Numbered from the stretch's first letter, positions 1 through 14,474 are shown. The stretch: 64,000 nucleotides of DNA from Camelus dromedarius (GCF_036321535.1 NC_087472.1:100628001-100692000); one strand, 5' to 3'. Numbers and translations: made by a program. Notes: generated from the letters alone by a model not told the origin.

Positions 1-510
1 TAATATGGAGAGATATGTGCAGATTATAAGCCTATGAATATTAAAGGTTAGAAGGAAAAGGATGAAGAAGGATATGTCAGACTAACGTTAACCAGAAGAG
101 AGTTGGTATCTCTGTGTTCATGTTAGGTAAAATAGACTTCAGGACAAAAAGAAATATTAAAGATGAAAAAGATGACTATGGGGTGATAAAAGAACAAATT
201 CACCAATAAGAGATTTCCATTTTAAATATGTATGCATCCAAAAAGTAACTTCAAAATATACAAAGGAACCATTGAAAGAACTACAAGGTGAAATCAATGA
301 CTCTATCTTCTTTTCAACATATGTCTTGACGACTGGTAAGTTAAGCAGAACAAAATCAAGAACATAGAAAATCTGAATGACACAATTAACCTTGATCGAA
401 CGGACAGATAGACAAGTTGATGCAACAGTTTGAGAATATACATTTGGGTTCTCCAGGCACACTGGAGCATTACAAATTTTTATTGTATACTAAGCCATAA
501 AGAAAACACT
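1..510 (+). mobile_element. Old LINE-1 (L1M) ORF2 endonuclease-region fragment, resuming at about 2090-2540
   Basis: A-rich, heavily diverged L1 ORF2-like sequence (e.g. taaaatagacttc...gataaaagaacaaattcaccaa). Confidence 0.7.
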
Positions 511-512
511 AA

Positions 513-1583
513 TTGAAAAAAAGAAGGAAAGCTGGTGGTATCATGCTCCCTGACTTCAGGCTATACTACAAAGCTACAGTAATCAAAACAGTATGATACT
601 AGCACAAAAAACAGATACACAGATCAATGGAACAAAATAAAGAGCCCAGAAATAAACCCACACACCTAAGATCAATTAATTTAGGACAAAAGAGGCAAGA
701 ATACACAATGGAGAAAAGACAGTCTCTTCAAAAAGTGGTGCTGGGAAAACTGGACTATATGTAAATCAATGAAATTATAACACTCCCTCACACCATACAC
801 AAAAATAAACTCAAAATGGATTAAAGACCTAAATGTAAGACTGGAAACCATAAGACTTCTAGAAGAAAACATAGGCAGAACATTCTTTGGCATAAATTGT
901 AGCAGTATCTTTTTGGATCTGTCTCCTAAGGCAAAGGAAACAAAAGCAAAAACAAATAAATGGAACCTAATCAAACTTAATAGCTTTTGCATAGCAAAGG
1001 AAACCACTGACAAAATGAAAAGACAATTGAATGAGAGAAAATATTTGCAAATAATATTACTGGTAAGTGGTTAATATCCAAAATGTATAAACAGCTCATA
1101 CAACTCAATATAAAAAAAAAAATCAAAAAATGGCAGAAGACATGAATAGACATTTTTCCAAAGAAGCCATACAGATGGTCAACAGGCACATGAAAAGATA
1201 TTCAAGGTTACTAATCATCAGAGAAATGCAAATCAAACCCACTGTGAGAAATCACCCACACCTGTTAGAATGGCTATCTCCATAAAGTCTACAAACAACA
1301 AAATGTTGGCAAGGATGTGGAAAAAAGGGAACTCTTGTACACTGTTGGTGGGAATGTAAATTGGTGCAGCCACTATAGAAAACAGTATGGAGATTCCTCA
1401 AGAAAGCTAAAAATAGAACTATCATATGACCCAACAATTCCACTCCTGGGTATATATTGAAAAAAATGGCAAAAACACTAAATTGAAAAGATACATGCAC
1501 CCCAAAGTTCATAGTATCATTATTTACAATAGCCAAGATATGGAAGCAACCTAAGTGTCCATCAACAGATGAATGGAAAGAAG

Positions 1584-1630
<47 letters not shown>

Positions 1631-2050
1631 GGAACACTACTCAGCCATAAAAAAGAAGGAAATTCTTCCATTTGCAACAACAAAGGGTATTACGCTTAGT
1701 GAAGTAAGTCAGAAAAAAACAAATACTGTATGTTACCACTTATATGTGGAATCTAAAAATTAAAACGAATGAACATAACAAAACAGAAACAGATTTACAG
1801 ATATAGAGAACAAACTAGTGGTTATTAGTGGGGAGAAAGAAGGAGGTGGGTCAAGATGGGGTATTGTATTAAGATGCACCAACTAATATATATATAATAA
1901 ATAGGCTATAAGGATATATTGTACAGCACAAGGAATGTAGCCAATATTTTATAGTTACTTTAAATGGAGTATAATCTATAAAAATATTGAATCATGTTGT
2001 ACACTTGCAACTAATATAATATTGTAAATCAACTGTAGTTCAATAATAAA
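513..2050 (+). mobile_element. 5'-truncated LINE-1 (ORF2 3' end plus 3' UTR)
   Basis: ccctgacttcaggctatactacaaagctacagtaatc...; the 3' UTR ends gtaaatcaactgtagttcaataataaa. Confidence 0.92.
1586..1628. repeat. (CA)~21 microsatellite within an L1 3' end
   Basis: Read directly. Confidence 0.97.
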
Positions 2051-3803
2051 TACACAGATCAGAATCTTTGACCTTTAAAAATGTAAATAATCCCCATATA
2101 TTCATAAATGTTTTAAAAATTGCTAAATAAATCACAGGCTAAAGAGGAAATCATAAAACCTTTAAAATATCCAGAAGTAAGTGAAAATGAAAGTGGTGCA
2201 TATCAAGTCTCGTGAGACACAGAAAAAACAATGCTTTGAGGGAAAAATATAACCTTAAAAATTACTTGCATTACAAAAGATGAGAGCCTCAACATTAGAG
2301 CTAGGTTTCCATTTTAAGAAATTAGAAAAAGAACAACAAAAATAATAAAAATAAACATAGACTACTGAAATAGAAAACTAAGATACAAAAAAGCTACTTT
2401 TTAGGAAAAGTTAAAATAGGTAAACCTTCATCAAGGTTGCTCAAGAAAACAAAGAAACAAAAAGCATCATGAATGAAAAGGGGCATGTGCCTACCGAAAA
2501 ACTAGATGTTAAATAAGAATAATAAAACAATACTAGCAAATCTGACAATGTGGTAGCAAGTTTGAAACTGAAACTGAGACAAGAAGAGGTGTTAGTGATG
2601 CTGGTCACACACTATTCATGGAGGCCAACACCTGCAAGATCTTCATCTGTCTGTGGGAATATATCCACCTAGGATTTCTGAGGGGTTCAGAATGAAGCAC
2701 AGTGAGATACAACAACGTGGATGAATCTTAGCAATACAGCAGGGTGTCCGAAAAGATTACAAACAGCATGACACCCTATCTACAAAAATTTTTTTAAAGT
2801 TACACACACACACACATCTCTACACCTTTTAGGAACACATACAGATGCAACAAAAACTATTGAAATCAAGGAGGTAAAGGACAAAGCACATGGGCTCCAG
2901 GAGGAGATTCTGTCTCTGGGGAGACGGGCATGGGCTAGAATGGGAACCACGTGACCAGGTGTAAGTTAGTGTCAGGATTCTGGCTTCTGTTCCAGGTAGT
3001 GGGTTTGCATGTGCTGTTAAAAATAGTGAGCTAAATAATTAAGTTGATGATGAGGGTAGGTTGACTGGAGGAAAGAAAGAGGCCCAAAAGGTATTGAGCT
3101 GGCAATTATCATCACTATTTTGCCCCACAATCTAGGGGGCAGACTGAGCTAACAGGGTTGAGTAGGGGTCTTCAGCTGGACCACTTCTGTGGGTCTGCTT
3201 CTTTTCTTGCCGGGACTCAGCCCAGGCAGTGGCCTCTCCTGCCCTACGGAGGAGACAGGGAAAGGGAGCTGCTCTTCATTCTTATAGGATCCAGCAGCAT
3301 CTCAGGATTATGTCTTGACCCTCCCTGATGTGAAACTAACTGCCAGAGAGAAGGATTCCTGAGATGGCAGGGTTAGCCTCAAGGTAAAAGAACCAGGGGA
3401 TAGTCCAGAGACCTTGAAACATTATTCAGGGGTCTCTCAAAGTCAAGGGCCACTGGCTGCTGCAGGTGGCTGGGGGTAGGGGTCATGAACTCCTAGGCAG
3501 GGCCTCCATCAGCCTAGGGCAATTCAGGGGAGAGGCGTGCAGCTCTGAGTGGTTAGTACCCAGCCCTCCCAGAAGCAGGAAGGTGGAGGGTAGACAGACC
3601 AGGTATGATGTGCACCAACAGCGGCACTACAGCTTGCTCCTGCCTCCTGTGCTAGGCTCTTTCATCTGGCACATGGCAGTTACTCTCATTTTGCAGGACA
3701 AGAAACAGAGGCTCCAAATGCTCAGATCATTTTTCCAGCATTTCAGAGCCCCTTGGTGGCAGAGGGACAGAGAGGCAGAAGCTGTGCGACTTCAGAATTC
3801 ATG

Positions 3804-3982
3804 TAGGGTTGCTAAAGTTAGCAGATGAAAACACAGGATGGCCAGTTAAATTTGAATTTCAGGTAAACAACGAATCAATTTTTAGTACAAGTATGTCCCA
3901 GCTAATATTTGAGACATACAAAAAACTTGTTATCTGGAATTTACATTTAACTGGGTGCCCTGTATTCTATCTGGCAACCCTG
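3804..3982. mobile_element. MER53-like palindromic hAT MITE
   Basis: Termini tagggttgc...gcaaccctg with internal inverted arms ccagttaaatttgaatttcag / ctggaatttacatttaactgg. Confidence 0.85.
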
Positions 3983-5199
3983 AAGCCAGCGTGATCAGGC
4001 GGTCCTCTGCCACCCACCCTTAGTTTCTCAGGAAACAGAGGCCAGCTGGTGTGAATTACGCAGAAGACCAGGTAGTGGAGACAAATGACCCATTTTCAAT
4101 GGAAATGCACACTAATGCTTTCTTGCTTTGCAGGGGGAGGGGAAATACTGATCCCCTCCGCTAGCAAGGATGTAATTGCGGGCTCATCCCCACATCTGTG
4201 AAATGATACCCTTACAATGCAAAAGCTCCGGGTGCCCTCCCTGCAGCCGCACTGCGGGGGAGGCAGGAGTGGGGAAAAGTACCACGGAGCAGCCCACGCC
4301 CCTTGGGTTTCCCTCCACCTTCACGCGAGGAAGCTTTGACTAAATCCTGTTTCTCTCCCTCAATCGATCACTCCAAACACCCCCACTCCGACGCTCCTGA
4401 ATCTCAACTCCAGCCTCTGCATGAAGGGGAAGCCCAAGATGCAAACATCCAGGTGGGCTGGAGTCCGACTGCAAAGCTTCGTGGGCTTGTCAGACTAGGC
4501 GCCCTCCCTGCTGAAGTCCCCTCATGAGCTGCTCATTGCCTGTGAGGCGACAAGTGGCACCTGAGGCCCACCGTCTCCAGCGCCCTCTCCCACTCCCCAG
4601 GGGGAGGCGTATCAGCTCGTTGGGTGCCAGGGTAGTGAGGTATGGGGTGCGCTCCGGAGGCTCACCGATGCAGCAGGGAAGTGAGGCTATAATTAAACTA
4701 GACTGCGAACATATTGTTCACGGAAACCTTAGCAGAGCATGAGTCATGATGGTGAACTGAATCACACAGCCCCAGAGTTCCCATGTCTATTAGCTTTATT
4801 TGGGGTCTTTATACTTTGGCTCCCTTGGTCCTCTTCCCGGCCCCTTCCCCACATCGCTTCTCCCTCTTTGCTGGAAAGCCTCAAGTCTGCGCGTGGCTAA
4901 GGGTCCAATGAGGCAACCAGGAAGGAGAGCAGGAGTGGGGCCTGGCCAGGACCAAGGCAATCAGCTTACCATCGCTGGGGTGGATGCTCCCGGGCCACCA
5001 GGAAAGAAAAGGAGGGGAATCTGGCCATTTTGACTATCGCTAGCTTCTCAAAAATTTTTTTAAAATAAAATCTGGTGAGAGGCTGAGGTTGAAATTCCAG
5101 GTTAAAATGAAGTTTCTAACTCCTTGTGCAGTCTTTGGTCAGCTTTCAGAGCAGGTACCAGATAGCGCATCCAGTGACCACACGCAGATCCCTGGCCTA

Positions 5200-5390
5200 C
5201 GGGCGGGCTCAAAGCCCTCGCCACCATTTACCAGCTGCACGATCTTGGGCAACTGGCTTCATCTCTCTGCGCTCATGAAATAGGAGTGATGATAATAATA
5301 TTTACCTCTAGTGTGGTTGCAAAGATCAATGAATTAATATGCATGAAGTACTTAGCACAGCCCTTGGCTCAGAGGAAATGCTATAATGTG
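5200..5390 (+). mobile_element. MIR SINE
   Basis: MIR core-like sequence: agctgcacgatcttgggcaa...tgaagtacttagcacagcc. Confidence 0.75.
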
Positions 5391-7256
5391 TGAACTTTCA
5401 TCACCGTCATAGTCAGCACCACCACCATCAGACCTCTCGTGGCATCGCCGGGCACTGAGAGAGCACGGCCACACTTGCTTTACAGACAGCCACAGGCAGG
5501 AGAGCCAGCAGAGGCAGGATTCCCAGGCTGTGGGAGCTGCATCCTGTCCACTCATTTTTGTTGCAGGTGAGGTAATGCGTCTCACGCACATTAGAAAACA
5601 AGTGCCAGCAGCCATTTCTGACTCCCCATCCAGTGCTCTTCTCTGTGTTCCCTTGGGGGTCCTGCTGCACTGACATTCTTGGAGAGGGAAGCAGGTTTTC
5701 CACGTTAGGAGACCTGCAGTGCAGCCAGGCGAAGAGAGACTGTCTGCCACTTTGAGCCACACCAGGCTGTGTAGGCAGAGTCCCCATGACTACGACACAA
5801 ACGACCCTCATCACTCAGTGCACATTCAGGCCAAGGCAAGTTCCAACACCATCATGTCGTTCAGATCCTCATTCCCAGGAGGCTAGCAGGGTGGCAGGGT
5901 TGGGGGTGCCCTGCTCTGACTGTGGATCCCCTGGGAGCTGTTGAATGAAGAGCTACTTCATATACTCAGACCCAACATTTAAGTGTCCTCAGGGCTCAGG
6001 GATCCCCAACTTTTTCCAATAAGGATCTTTTTATTATCACCCATGTCCTCTGGGCTTTGAAAGATTTTCTCCCCCATGCTGCAAGTAATAAGTAAATTAA
6101 TTTGTTCTCCTGTAATTTATTAATTGGAGGCCAACATAATGGCCAAATGAAGTTTCTGTGCAGCAATGGATAAGCAGTGTTCCCAAACTGAGGAGCTGGG
6201 ATTCCTGCCAAAAGCAAAGAAATGTGACATTTTTACTGGCCCAAGATGACTTATCGGAGCTCCATAAACAGTCTCTGGAAGGCTTATAAAATGACACCAT
6301 TTCATGGACTCCCAATAAGTTGACTGTCCTCCCAAGAGGTCCAGAGACTCTGATCCCACCATGGCAGTTTAAGCCCCCCTAGGATAAAGGTTAGGCAAGG
6401 ACCCAAGGAGGCAGCAGTGCAAGAGATGAAGCAACCTAATAGCTGATGCTGGGAACAGGGCCTTGAGCCTATGCCCGAGGCTGAGACTACCTACTCTGAT
6501 GATTTGGGGCCCTCTTCCTTTGGTGACAGCCCCAAAAGCCATAGGGGCCCCCAGAATGCCACCTTTCTAGACCTCTAGACACAGAGCTCAAAGCTCTGCC
6601 CCTGCTATAAACACTCAGAGTCTAAGGATGGGCCTCTCTAGTGTTAAGGACACATTCTAGAAGGGCAGGAAATCCAAGGCCTTCCTAAGGGTCCTCCTGG
6701 AGAACCGTATCAGGCCCGTGGAGCCACGTGACACTGAGGAGCCACCTTCCCATATGCCATGCTCAGTTCTGACTCATTACAGACCCTCACTGATGTGCCC
6801 CAAGAGAGTGACAAACCCTGACTCTAAGCTGATCTGAGCATGAACCATGTTTATTCAGTTACAAATTCTAGGCTTTGCTCTAAATCCCTGGTATTATGGA
6901 AAGACTACTCGGACTAGAGTTAAAAGGACATCAGTCTAATTTTCAATTCCCTGAATTCATCTCTGCTACTTTGTCACCTAAAATTCTGTGAAAGACTTAA
7001 AAATAAAACAAAACCTATACATCATAAGTTCCATTAAAAGTCTACTTATCCATAGTAGATATTAATAAGGGGGAAAGTAGAATGAATGGCAACTTAAACT
7101 AGAAAAAAAAAAGCCACAGAATAAAACAACAATTTAACAAATAAACACAGGGTAAGATGAGAAAAGTAAAACTGCTTCTATCAGTTCATCAAAGTTGATT
7201 AAACTGAATTCACCCAATAAAACACAAAGACTGTAGAGTTAAAAATAAAAATCTAG

Positions 7257-10200
7257 AGGGAGGCTTCAAGATGGTAGAATAGAAGGATGTGGAGCTCACC
7301 TCCTCCCACAAACACATCAAAAATACATCTGCATGTGGAACAATTTTCGCAGAATACCTACTGAACTCTGGCAGAAGATCCTATGCTGGCAGGGCTACAG
7401 GAGGAATCTCCATGGAGAGAATCTGGACAGGACCTGCGCCCTGGGGAAGGAGCAGTGAAAGAGGAAAAGTTCCATCAACCTGGGGAGCCCCTTCACCAGC
7501 GGGGAGACCAGCTGGGACAGAAAGGGAGCTTCAGAAGAGGCTCGGAGGAGATCATAGCAGCCATGTGGAGGCAGGCCGACTGGACAGAAACCGGCACAGA
7601 GGATCCGAGACACCTAGCTGTGCTCCCCAGCCCAAGACGTAAGTCTGCTGGTGTGTGCGGGGCTGGGCACTGAGGCTTGGACTTCAAAGGACAGATCCAG
7701 GGAGAGGACAGGGGTTGGCAGCGTGGAAACTGCCTGGGGGGTCTGGAGTGGAGTATGGGCTAAGGCTGGGAGTAGTGTGCAGGGGAGCCCAGGTCCACCA
7801 CTGAGGCTCATTGTTGGCACGTGAGTAGGGAGGGGTGGGACGTCGGCACAGCAGTCTCCCCCTCCGCTCGCTCTTGGTGCGGCTCCACATTGGGGAGCCC
7901 TGGGAGGGCAGAGTTGCTGGCTGGTTGCCCCCAGGTGGAGGCAGGGCTGAGGTCTGAGCCCATTCCCAGGGACTGTGTGACTTCAGAGGTGGAGGCTGAG
8001 GTCTGAGCCGTGTCCCAGGTAGTTCTGGTGGGTTTGCACCCCCAGTGCCTTTGTGGGCTTGAAGCCTGCAGGAAGTCCGAGTGGAGAGCTGGCACGTGGC
8101 TGGGGCAGGCCCAGTGGAAACAGTGGGTGCGTGCACGCAGAAACAGGGCTGGGGTCTGGGCTGACCCTGTAGCTCATGGCAGATTCAGGTGTCGGAATAT
8201 ATAGGTCTAGGTGCCTGACTTCAACAGTCTGCCCTGGTGGCGTTACGAGCAGAGCCTGAGGGGCACCAGGGCAGACTGCCTGCATTCCTACGGCTGAGGC
8301 ATGGCTGAGGACAGTGCCAGCCACAGTGTACTTTGTCAGCCTGCATAACAGGTGACAGGTGACTCCACACCACAGAGTACACTCCCCAGTGGACATCTCC
8401 TGTAGAAGAATATTCAGCAGCCCCTCTTCCAGGAGAAGCCCTCCAGTCCCACCTACTTCACATAGCAGCTCAGAAATGGATCTGAGGGCTTTTACTCCAA
8501 CAACTGTGGAGCAGACACAGCCTGCAACAGGGCTGTGACAACCATAGAGCAAAGAGCAGGCCCTGTTCAACATTCAGTGCAGGCTCTGGTCACCACAACA
8601 CCAATCACATCCCCATCAGGGTTTAACAGCCAGCACACACGGAGGAAAAACATGGCAGCCATTCATACTAGAAACAGCCCTTGCAAAAAAAGCATTAGAT
8701 GCACACAGGACATAGGAACGCTCCCACATAAAAACAGTCCTTTCAAAACCACAGTAAATAACTGTTACTCCTAAATTCATAGAGTTAGAAAAATGTAAGT
8801 AAAATGAAGAAGCAGAGGAACCACTCCCAATTAAAAAAATAAGAGAAATTCCCTGAAAGAATAAAAATGAAATAGACCTCTCCAGTCTACCAGAGCTCAA
8901 GTTCAAAAAGAAGATAATAAAAATACTGCAAGAATTAAGAAAGGCTGTCAATAAAAATGCAGATGACTGTAAAAAGAAACTAGAAACTAGAAAGAGGAGC
9001 CACTTAAAATCAGACAACTTGACTGCTAAGACGAAAGCAAAGCTAAAAGCAATCAATAGCAGACTAAATAATTCAGAAGAACAAGTAAGTGATAATAAAT
9101 AATAATAAATAGAAATCACTGAATCAGAACAGCAGATAGGAAAACAAATGAAAAAAAAAATGAAAGCAATATAAGAGCCCTATGGGATAATATAAAGTAT
9201 GCCAATCTATTCATAATAGGGGTCCCAGAAGGAGAAAAAAGAGAAAAGAGGATTGAAAACATATTTGAAGAAATTATGGTTGAAAACTTCCCAAACCTAA
9301 AGAAGGAAACAGATATCCAGGTACAGGAAGCACAGAGAGCCCCAAATAACATGAACCCAAACAGATCTACACTAAGACATATTATAATTAAAATGGCAAA
9401 AGTTAAAGACAAAAAGATTTTAAAGGCAACAAGAGAAAAACAAAGAGTTTGGGTTAGTTACAAGGGAATCTCCATAAGACTTATTTTTCTACAGAAACAC
9501 GGCAGGCCAGAAGGGGATGGCAAGATATACTCAAATTCTTGGAAGAAAAAAACCCCTGCAACCTCAAATACTCTACCCAGCAAGATTATCATTTAGAATA
9601 GAAGGAGAGATAAAGAATTTCAGACAAGCAAAAACGAAAAGAATGCAGCAATACTAAAACTATCCTAAAAGACACATTGAAAGTTCTTCTCTAAGTAGAG
9701 GAGAAGCACGAATCTATAGAAAAAAAGGAAATCACAATTGGAAATGTGATAACTATAATGAACAGACAAAGAATCAACATGAAGATGTAAAAGAGGACAT
9801 CAAAATCATAAAATGTGAGGGAAGGGAGTAAGACAATGTAGATTTTTCTTTTTTTAGAATGTGTTTGAGCCTATATGAGTATCAGTATAAAGTAAGTAGA
9901 CATAGTAAGGGGTTAATATACTTGAAAAACAGGGTAACCACAAATCAAAAACATATAATAGTCACAAAAACCAAAAAGAAAAGAACTCAAGCATAATGTA
10001 AAAGAAAATAATCAAACCACAAAAGGAAAGAACATAGAAGAAGTATAAAATCAACTGGAAAACAACTGGTTTAAAATGGCAATACATACATATCTATCAA
10101 TAATTACCTTAAATGTCAATGGATTAAATGCTCCAATCAAAAGACACAGAGGGGCAGACTAGATAATAAAACAAGAGCCTACAGTATACTACCTACAAGA

Positions 10201-13200
10201 GACTCACTTTAGAGCAAAGGACACACATAGATGAACGTGAGGAGACAGAAAAAGGTATTTCATGCTAACAGAAATAACAAGAAAGCAGGGGTAGCAAAAC
10301 TCATATCAGACAAAACATACTTTAAAATAAAGACCATAAAGAAGGATACTATAGAATGATAAAAGGATCAATACAAGAAGAGGAAATTATACTTGTTAAC
10401 ATACAGGCACCCAATACAGGAGCAACTAAATGCATTAAAACAAATACTAACAGACATAAAGGGAGAAATTGATGGGAATACAATAATAGTAGGAGATTTT
10501 AACATCCCACTAACATCATTGGACAGGTCTTCCAGAAAGAAAATCAGTAAGGCAACAGAGGTCCTAAATCATACAATAAAACAGACTTAATTGATATTTT
10601 CAGGATATTACATCTCAAAAAACCCAGAATATACATTCTTTTCAAGTGGACATGGAACATTCTTTAGGATAGACCACATACTTGGACACAATAAACCTCA
10701 ACACGTTTAAGAGGACAGAAATTATTTCAAGAATCATTTCTGAGCACAATGGCATGAAACTAGAAGTCAACCACAGAAAGAGAAATGAGAAAAACATTGA
10801 TTGTATGGAGACTAAACAACATGCTACTAAAAAGATCAATGGGTCAATGATGAAATCAAAGAAGAAATTTTAAAATACCTTGAGACAAATGACAATGAAA
10901 AACACACAGAATTTGTGGGATGCAGTAAAAGCAGTCCTAAGAGAGAAGTACATGACAATACAGACCTTCCTCAAAAAGCAAGGAAAAGCTCAAATAAACA
11001 ACCTAACCTACCACCTAAAAGAATTAGAAAAAGAAGAACAAACAAAACCTAAAGTCAGAAGGAAAGGAATAATAAAGATCAGGGAGGAAATAAATAAAAT
11101 AGAGATTTAAAAAAAAAAAAAACCAATAGAAAAATCAATAAAACCAAGAGCTGTTTTTTTGAAGGAGTAAATAAAAATTAACAAACTTCCAGCCAGGCTC
11201 ACCAAGAAGAAAAAAGAGGACTCAAATAAAATAAGAAATGAAAGACATAACTTACAACTAATACCACAGAAATACAAAAAACCGTAAGAGAATACTACAA
11301 ACAATTATATGCTAACTAATTGGACAACCTAGAAGAAATGGACAAGTTTCTAGAAACATATAGTCTACCAAAACTGAATCAAGAAGAAATAGATAATTTG
11401 AAGAGATTGATCACTAGAAGTGAAATAGAATCTGTAATTAAAAAAACAAACAAACAAACAAACAAAACTCCCTGCAAACAAAAGTCCAGGACCGGATGGC
11501 TTCACTGGGGAATTCTACCAAACATACAAAGAAGAACTTACACCAAGCCTTCTCAAACTCTTCCTAAAGACTGAAGAGGAGGGAACACTCTCAGACTCAT
11601 TCTATGAAGCCACTATCACCCTGATGTCAAAACCAGACAAATACAGAACAGATAAACAAGATTGTACAGTGTAGCACAGGGAAGTATATACAGGATTTTG
11701 TGGTGGATCACAGCGAAAGAGAATGTGACAATGAATGTATGTACGTTCATTTATAACTGAAAAATTGTGCTCTACACTGGAATTTGACACAACATTGTAA
11801 AATGACTATAACTCAATAAAAAAGTATATATATATATATATATATATATAAACAAAACAAAAACAAAACCAGACAAAGATACTACCAAAAAAGAAAATTT
11901 CAGGCCAAGATCTTTGATGAATATAGATGCAAAAATTCTCAACAAAATATTAACAAACCAAATCCAAAAACACATTTAAAAGATCATACAACAACAAGTT
12001 GGATTCATTCAAGGGACACAGGACGGTTCAACATACACAAATCAATCAATATGATACACTACATCAACAAAAGAAAGGACAAAAACCACATGATCATCTC
12101 AATAGATGCAGAAAAAAGCAATTTGATAAAATTCAACACCCATTTATGATAAAAAAAAAAAACCTTAACCAAAGTGGGCATAGAGGGAACATATCTCAAC
12201 ATAATAAAAGCTGTTTATTATAAACTCACAGCCAACATAATACTCAATGTTGAAAAGCTGAAAGCCTTCCCCCTAAAACCTGTAACAAAACAAGGATGCC
12301 CACTCTCACCACTTCTATTCATCATGGTATTGAAGTCCTAACCTGCTAGCAATCAGACAAGAAAAATAAATAAAAGGGATCCAAATTGGAAAGGAAAAGG
12401 TAAAACTGTCACTATATGCAGATGACATGATACTATATATAGAAAACCCTAAAGACTGCACACAAAAACTACTAGAGCTGATAAATTCAGCAAGGTAGCA
12501 GGATACAAGATTAATATAGATAAATCTTGCATTTCTTCACACTAACAATAAAACATCAGAAAAGAAAAGTAAAGAAAAAAATCCCTTTTAAAATCGCATT
12601 ACCAACAAGGTAAAAGACTTATACACGGAAAACTATAAAACACTGATTAAGGAAATTAAAGATGATTTACAGAAATGAAAAGATATCCCATGCTCTTGGA
12701 CTGAAAAATTAATATTGTTAAAATGGTCATACTACCCAAAGCAATCTACAGATTTAATGTGATCCCAATCAAGTTATCCAGGATATTCTTTACAAAACTA
12801 GAACAAATAATCCTAAAATTTTACCGAATCACAAAAGACCCAGAATTGCCAAAGCAATACTGAAGAAAAAGAATGAAGCTGGAGGCCTAACCCTCCCAAA
12901 CTTCAGACAATACTACAGAGCTACAGTAATTGAAACAGCATGGTATTGGCATAAAAACAGACATATGGATCAATGGAACAAAATAGAGGGCCCAGAAATA
13001 AACCCACACACCTACAGTCAATTGATCTTTGACAAAGGGGGCAAGAATATACAATAGAGAAAAGACAGTCTCCTCAGCAAGTGGTGCTGGGAAAACTGGA
13101 CAGCTGCATGTAAATCAATGAAGTTAGAACACCCCCTCACACCATACACAAAAATAAACTCAAAATGACATAAAGACTTACATATATGACATGTCACCAT

Positions 13201-14474
13201 AAAACTCCTGGAAAAGAACATGGGCAAAACATTCTCTGGTATAGGTCAGTCTACCAAGGCAACAGAAATAAAATCAAAAATAACAAAATGGGACCTAATC
13301 AAACTTATAAGTTTTTGCACAGCAAAGGAAACTATAAACAAAATGAAAAAACCTACAGAATGGGAGAATATCTTTGCAAACGATGCGACTGACAGGGGCT
13401 TAATTTCCAGAATATACAAATAGCTCATACAACTCAGTAACAAACAAGAAATGGGCAGAAGACCTAAACAGACATTTCTCCAAAGAAGACATGCAGACAG
13501 CCAAAAGGCACATGAAAAGATGTTCAATGTCGCTAATTATCAGAGGAATGCAAATCAAAACTACAATGAGGTATCACCTCACACCAGTCAGAATGGCCAT
13601 CATTAAAAAGTCCCCAAAAGATGAATGTTGGAGAGAGTGTGGAAAAAAGGGAACCCTCCTACATTGTTGGTGGGAAAGTAAACTGGTGCAGCCACTATGG
13701 AAAACAGTATGGAGGTTCCTTAAAAAATTAAAAATAGAGTTGACATATGATCCAGCAAACCCACTCCTGGGCATATAACCAGAGGAAACTCTAATTCGAT
13801 AAGATACATGCACCCCAATGTTCACAGCAGCACTATATACAATAACCAAAACATGGAAGTAACCTAAATGTCCACTGACAGATAATTGGATAAAGAAGAT
13901 ATGGTGTGTGTGTGTTTGTGTGTGTGTGTATATATACATACACAATGGACTACTACTCAGCCATAAAAAAGAATAAAATCATGACATTTGCAGCAGCATG
14001 GATGGACCTAGAGATTATCAGACTATGTGAAGTAAGCCAGAAAGATAAAGAAAAATACTATATGATATCACTTACATGTGGAATCTAAAAAAAAAGGCAC
14101 AGATGATCTTATTTACAAAATATAAATAGACTCACAGACATAGAAAACAAACTTATGGTTACCAGTGGGAAAGAGGGGGAGGGATAAATTGGGAATTTGG
14201 GATTTGAAGATACTAACTACTATGTATCATATAGATAAACAATAAAGTCCTACTATATATAGCACATGGAACTTTATTCAATATCCTCTAATAACCTATA
14301 ATGAAAAAGAATACATGTATGTGTGTGTATAACTAAATTACCATGCTATACACCAGAGACTAACACAACATTGTAAATCAACTATACTTCAATTTAAAAA
14401 ATCAATTAATATTATAAACAATATTGTTAGAAATAAAATTATAAATTATTACTGTCAGCTAAAAAAATAAAAAT
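7257..14474 (+). mobile_element. Full-length but inactivated LINE-1 (5' UTR, ORF1 ~8804-9695, ORF2 ~10076-14035, 3' UTR, A-tail)
   Basis: Starts aggaggcttcaagatgg with a GC-rich 5' UTR. ORF1 has a TAA at codon 13; ORF2 is fragmented (GDFNIPL, YADDM). TSD aaataaaaat(c/t)tag at 7243-7256 and 14475-14488. Splits an older L1M. Confidence 0.95.
11642..11863 (+). mobile_element. Short younger L1 3'-UTR tail nested in ORF2 of the full-length L1
   Basis: Perfect 14-bp TSD caaaaccagacaaa (11628-11641 / 11864-11877). Ends actcaataaa plus a (TA)n/A-rich tail. Confidence 0.92.

Noticed and set aside
3466..6362. Short ORFs in the GC-richer unique region, or possible PHKA2 3' exons
   Set aside because: No similarity to PHKA2 or any protein I recognise, several overlap MIR/MER53, and the lengths are expected by chance.
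7289..9119. Cluster of long ORFs (up to 196 aa) on both strands
   Set aside because: They lie in the GC-rich L1 5' UTR or antisense to ORF1, with no recognisable domain or splice structure. ORF0-like coding cannot be supported.
8804..14035. Potentially active LINE-1
   Set aside because: ORF1 has a stop at codon 13. ORF2 has multiple stops, frameshifts, deletions and a nested insertion.
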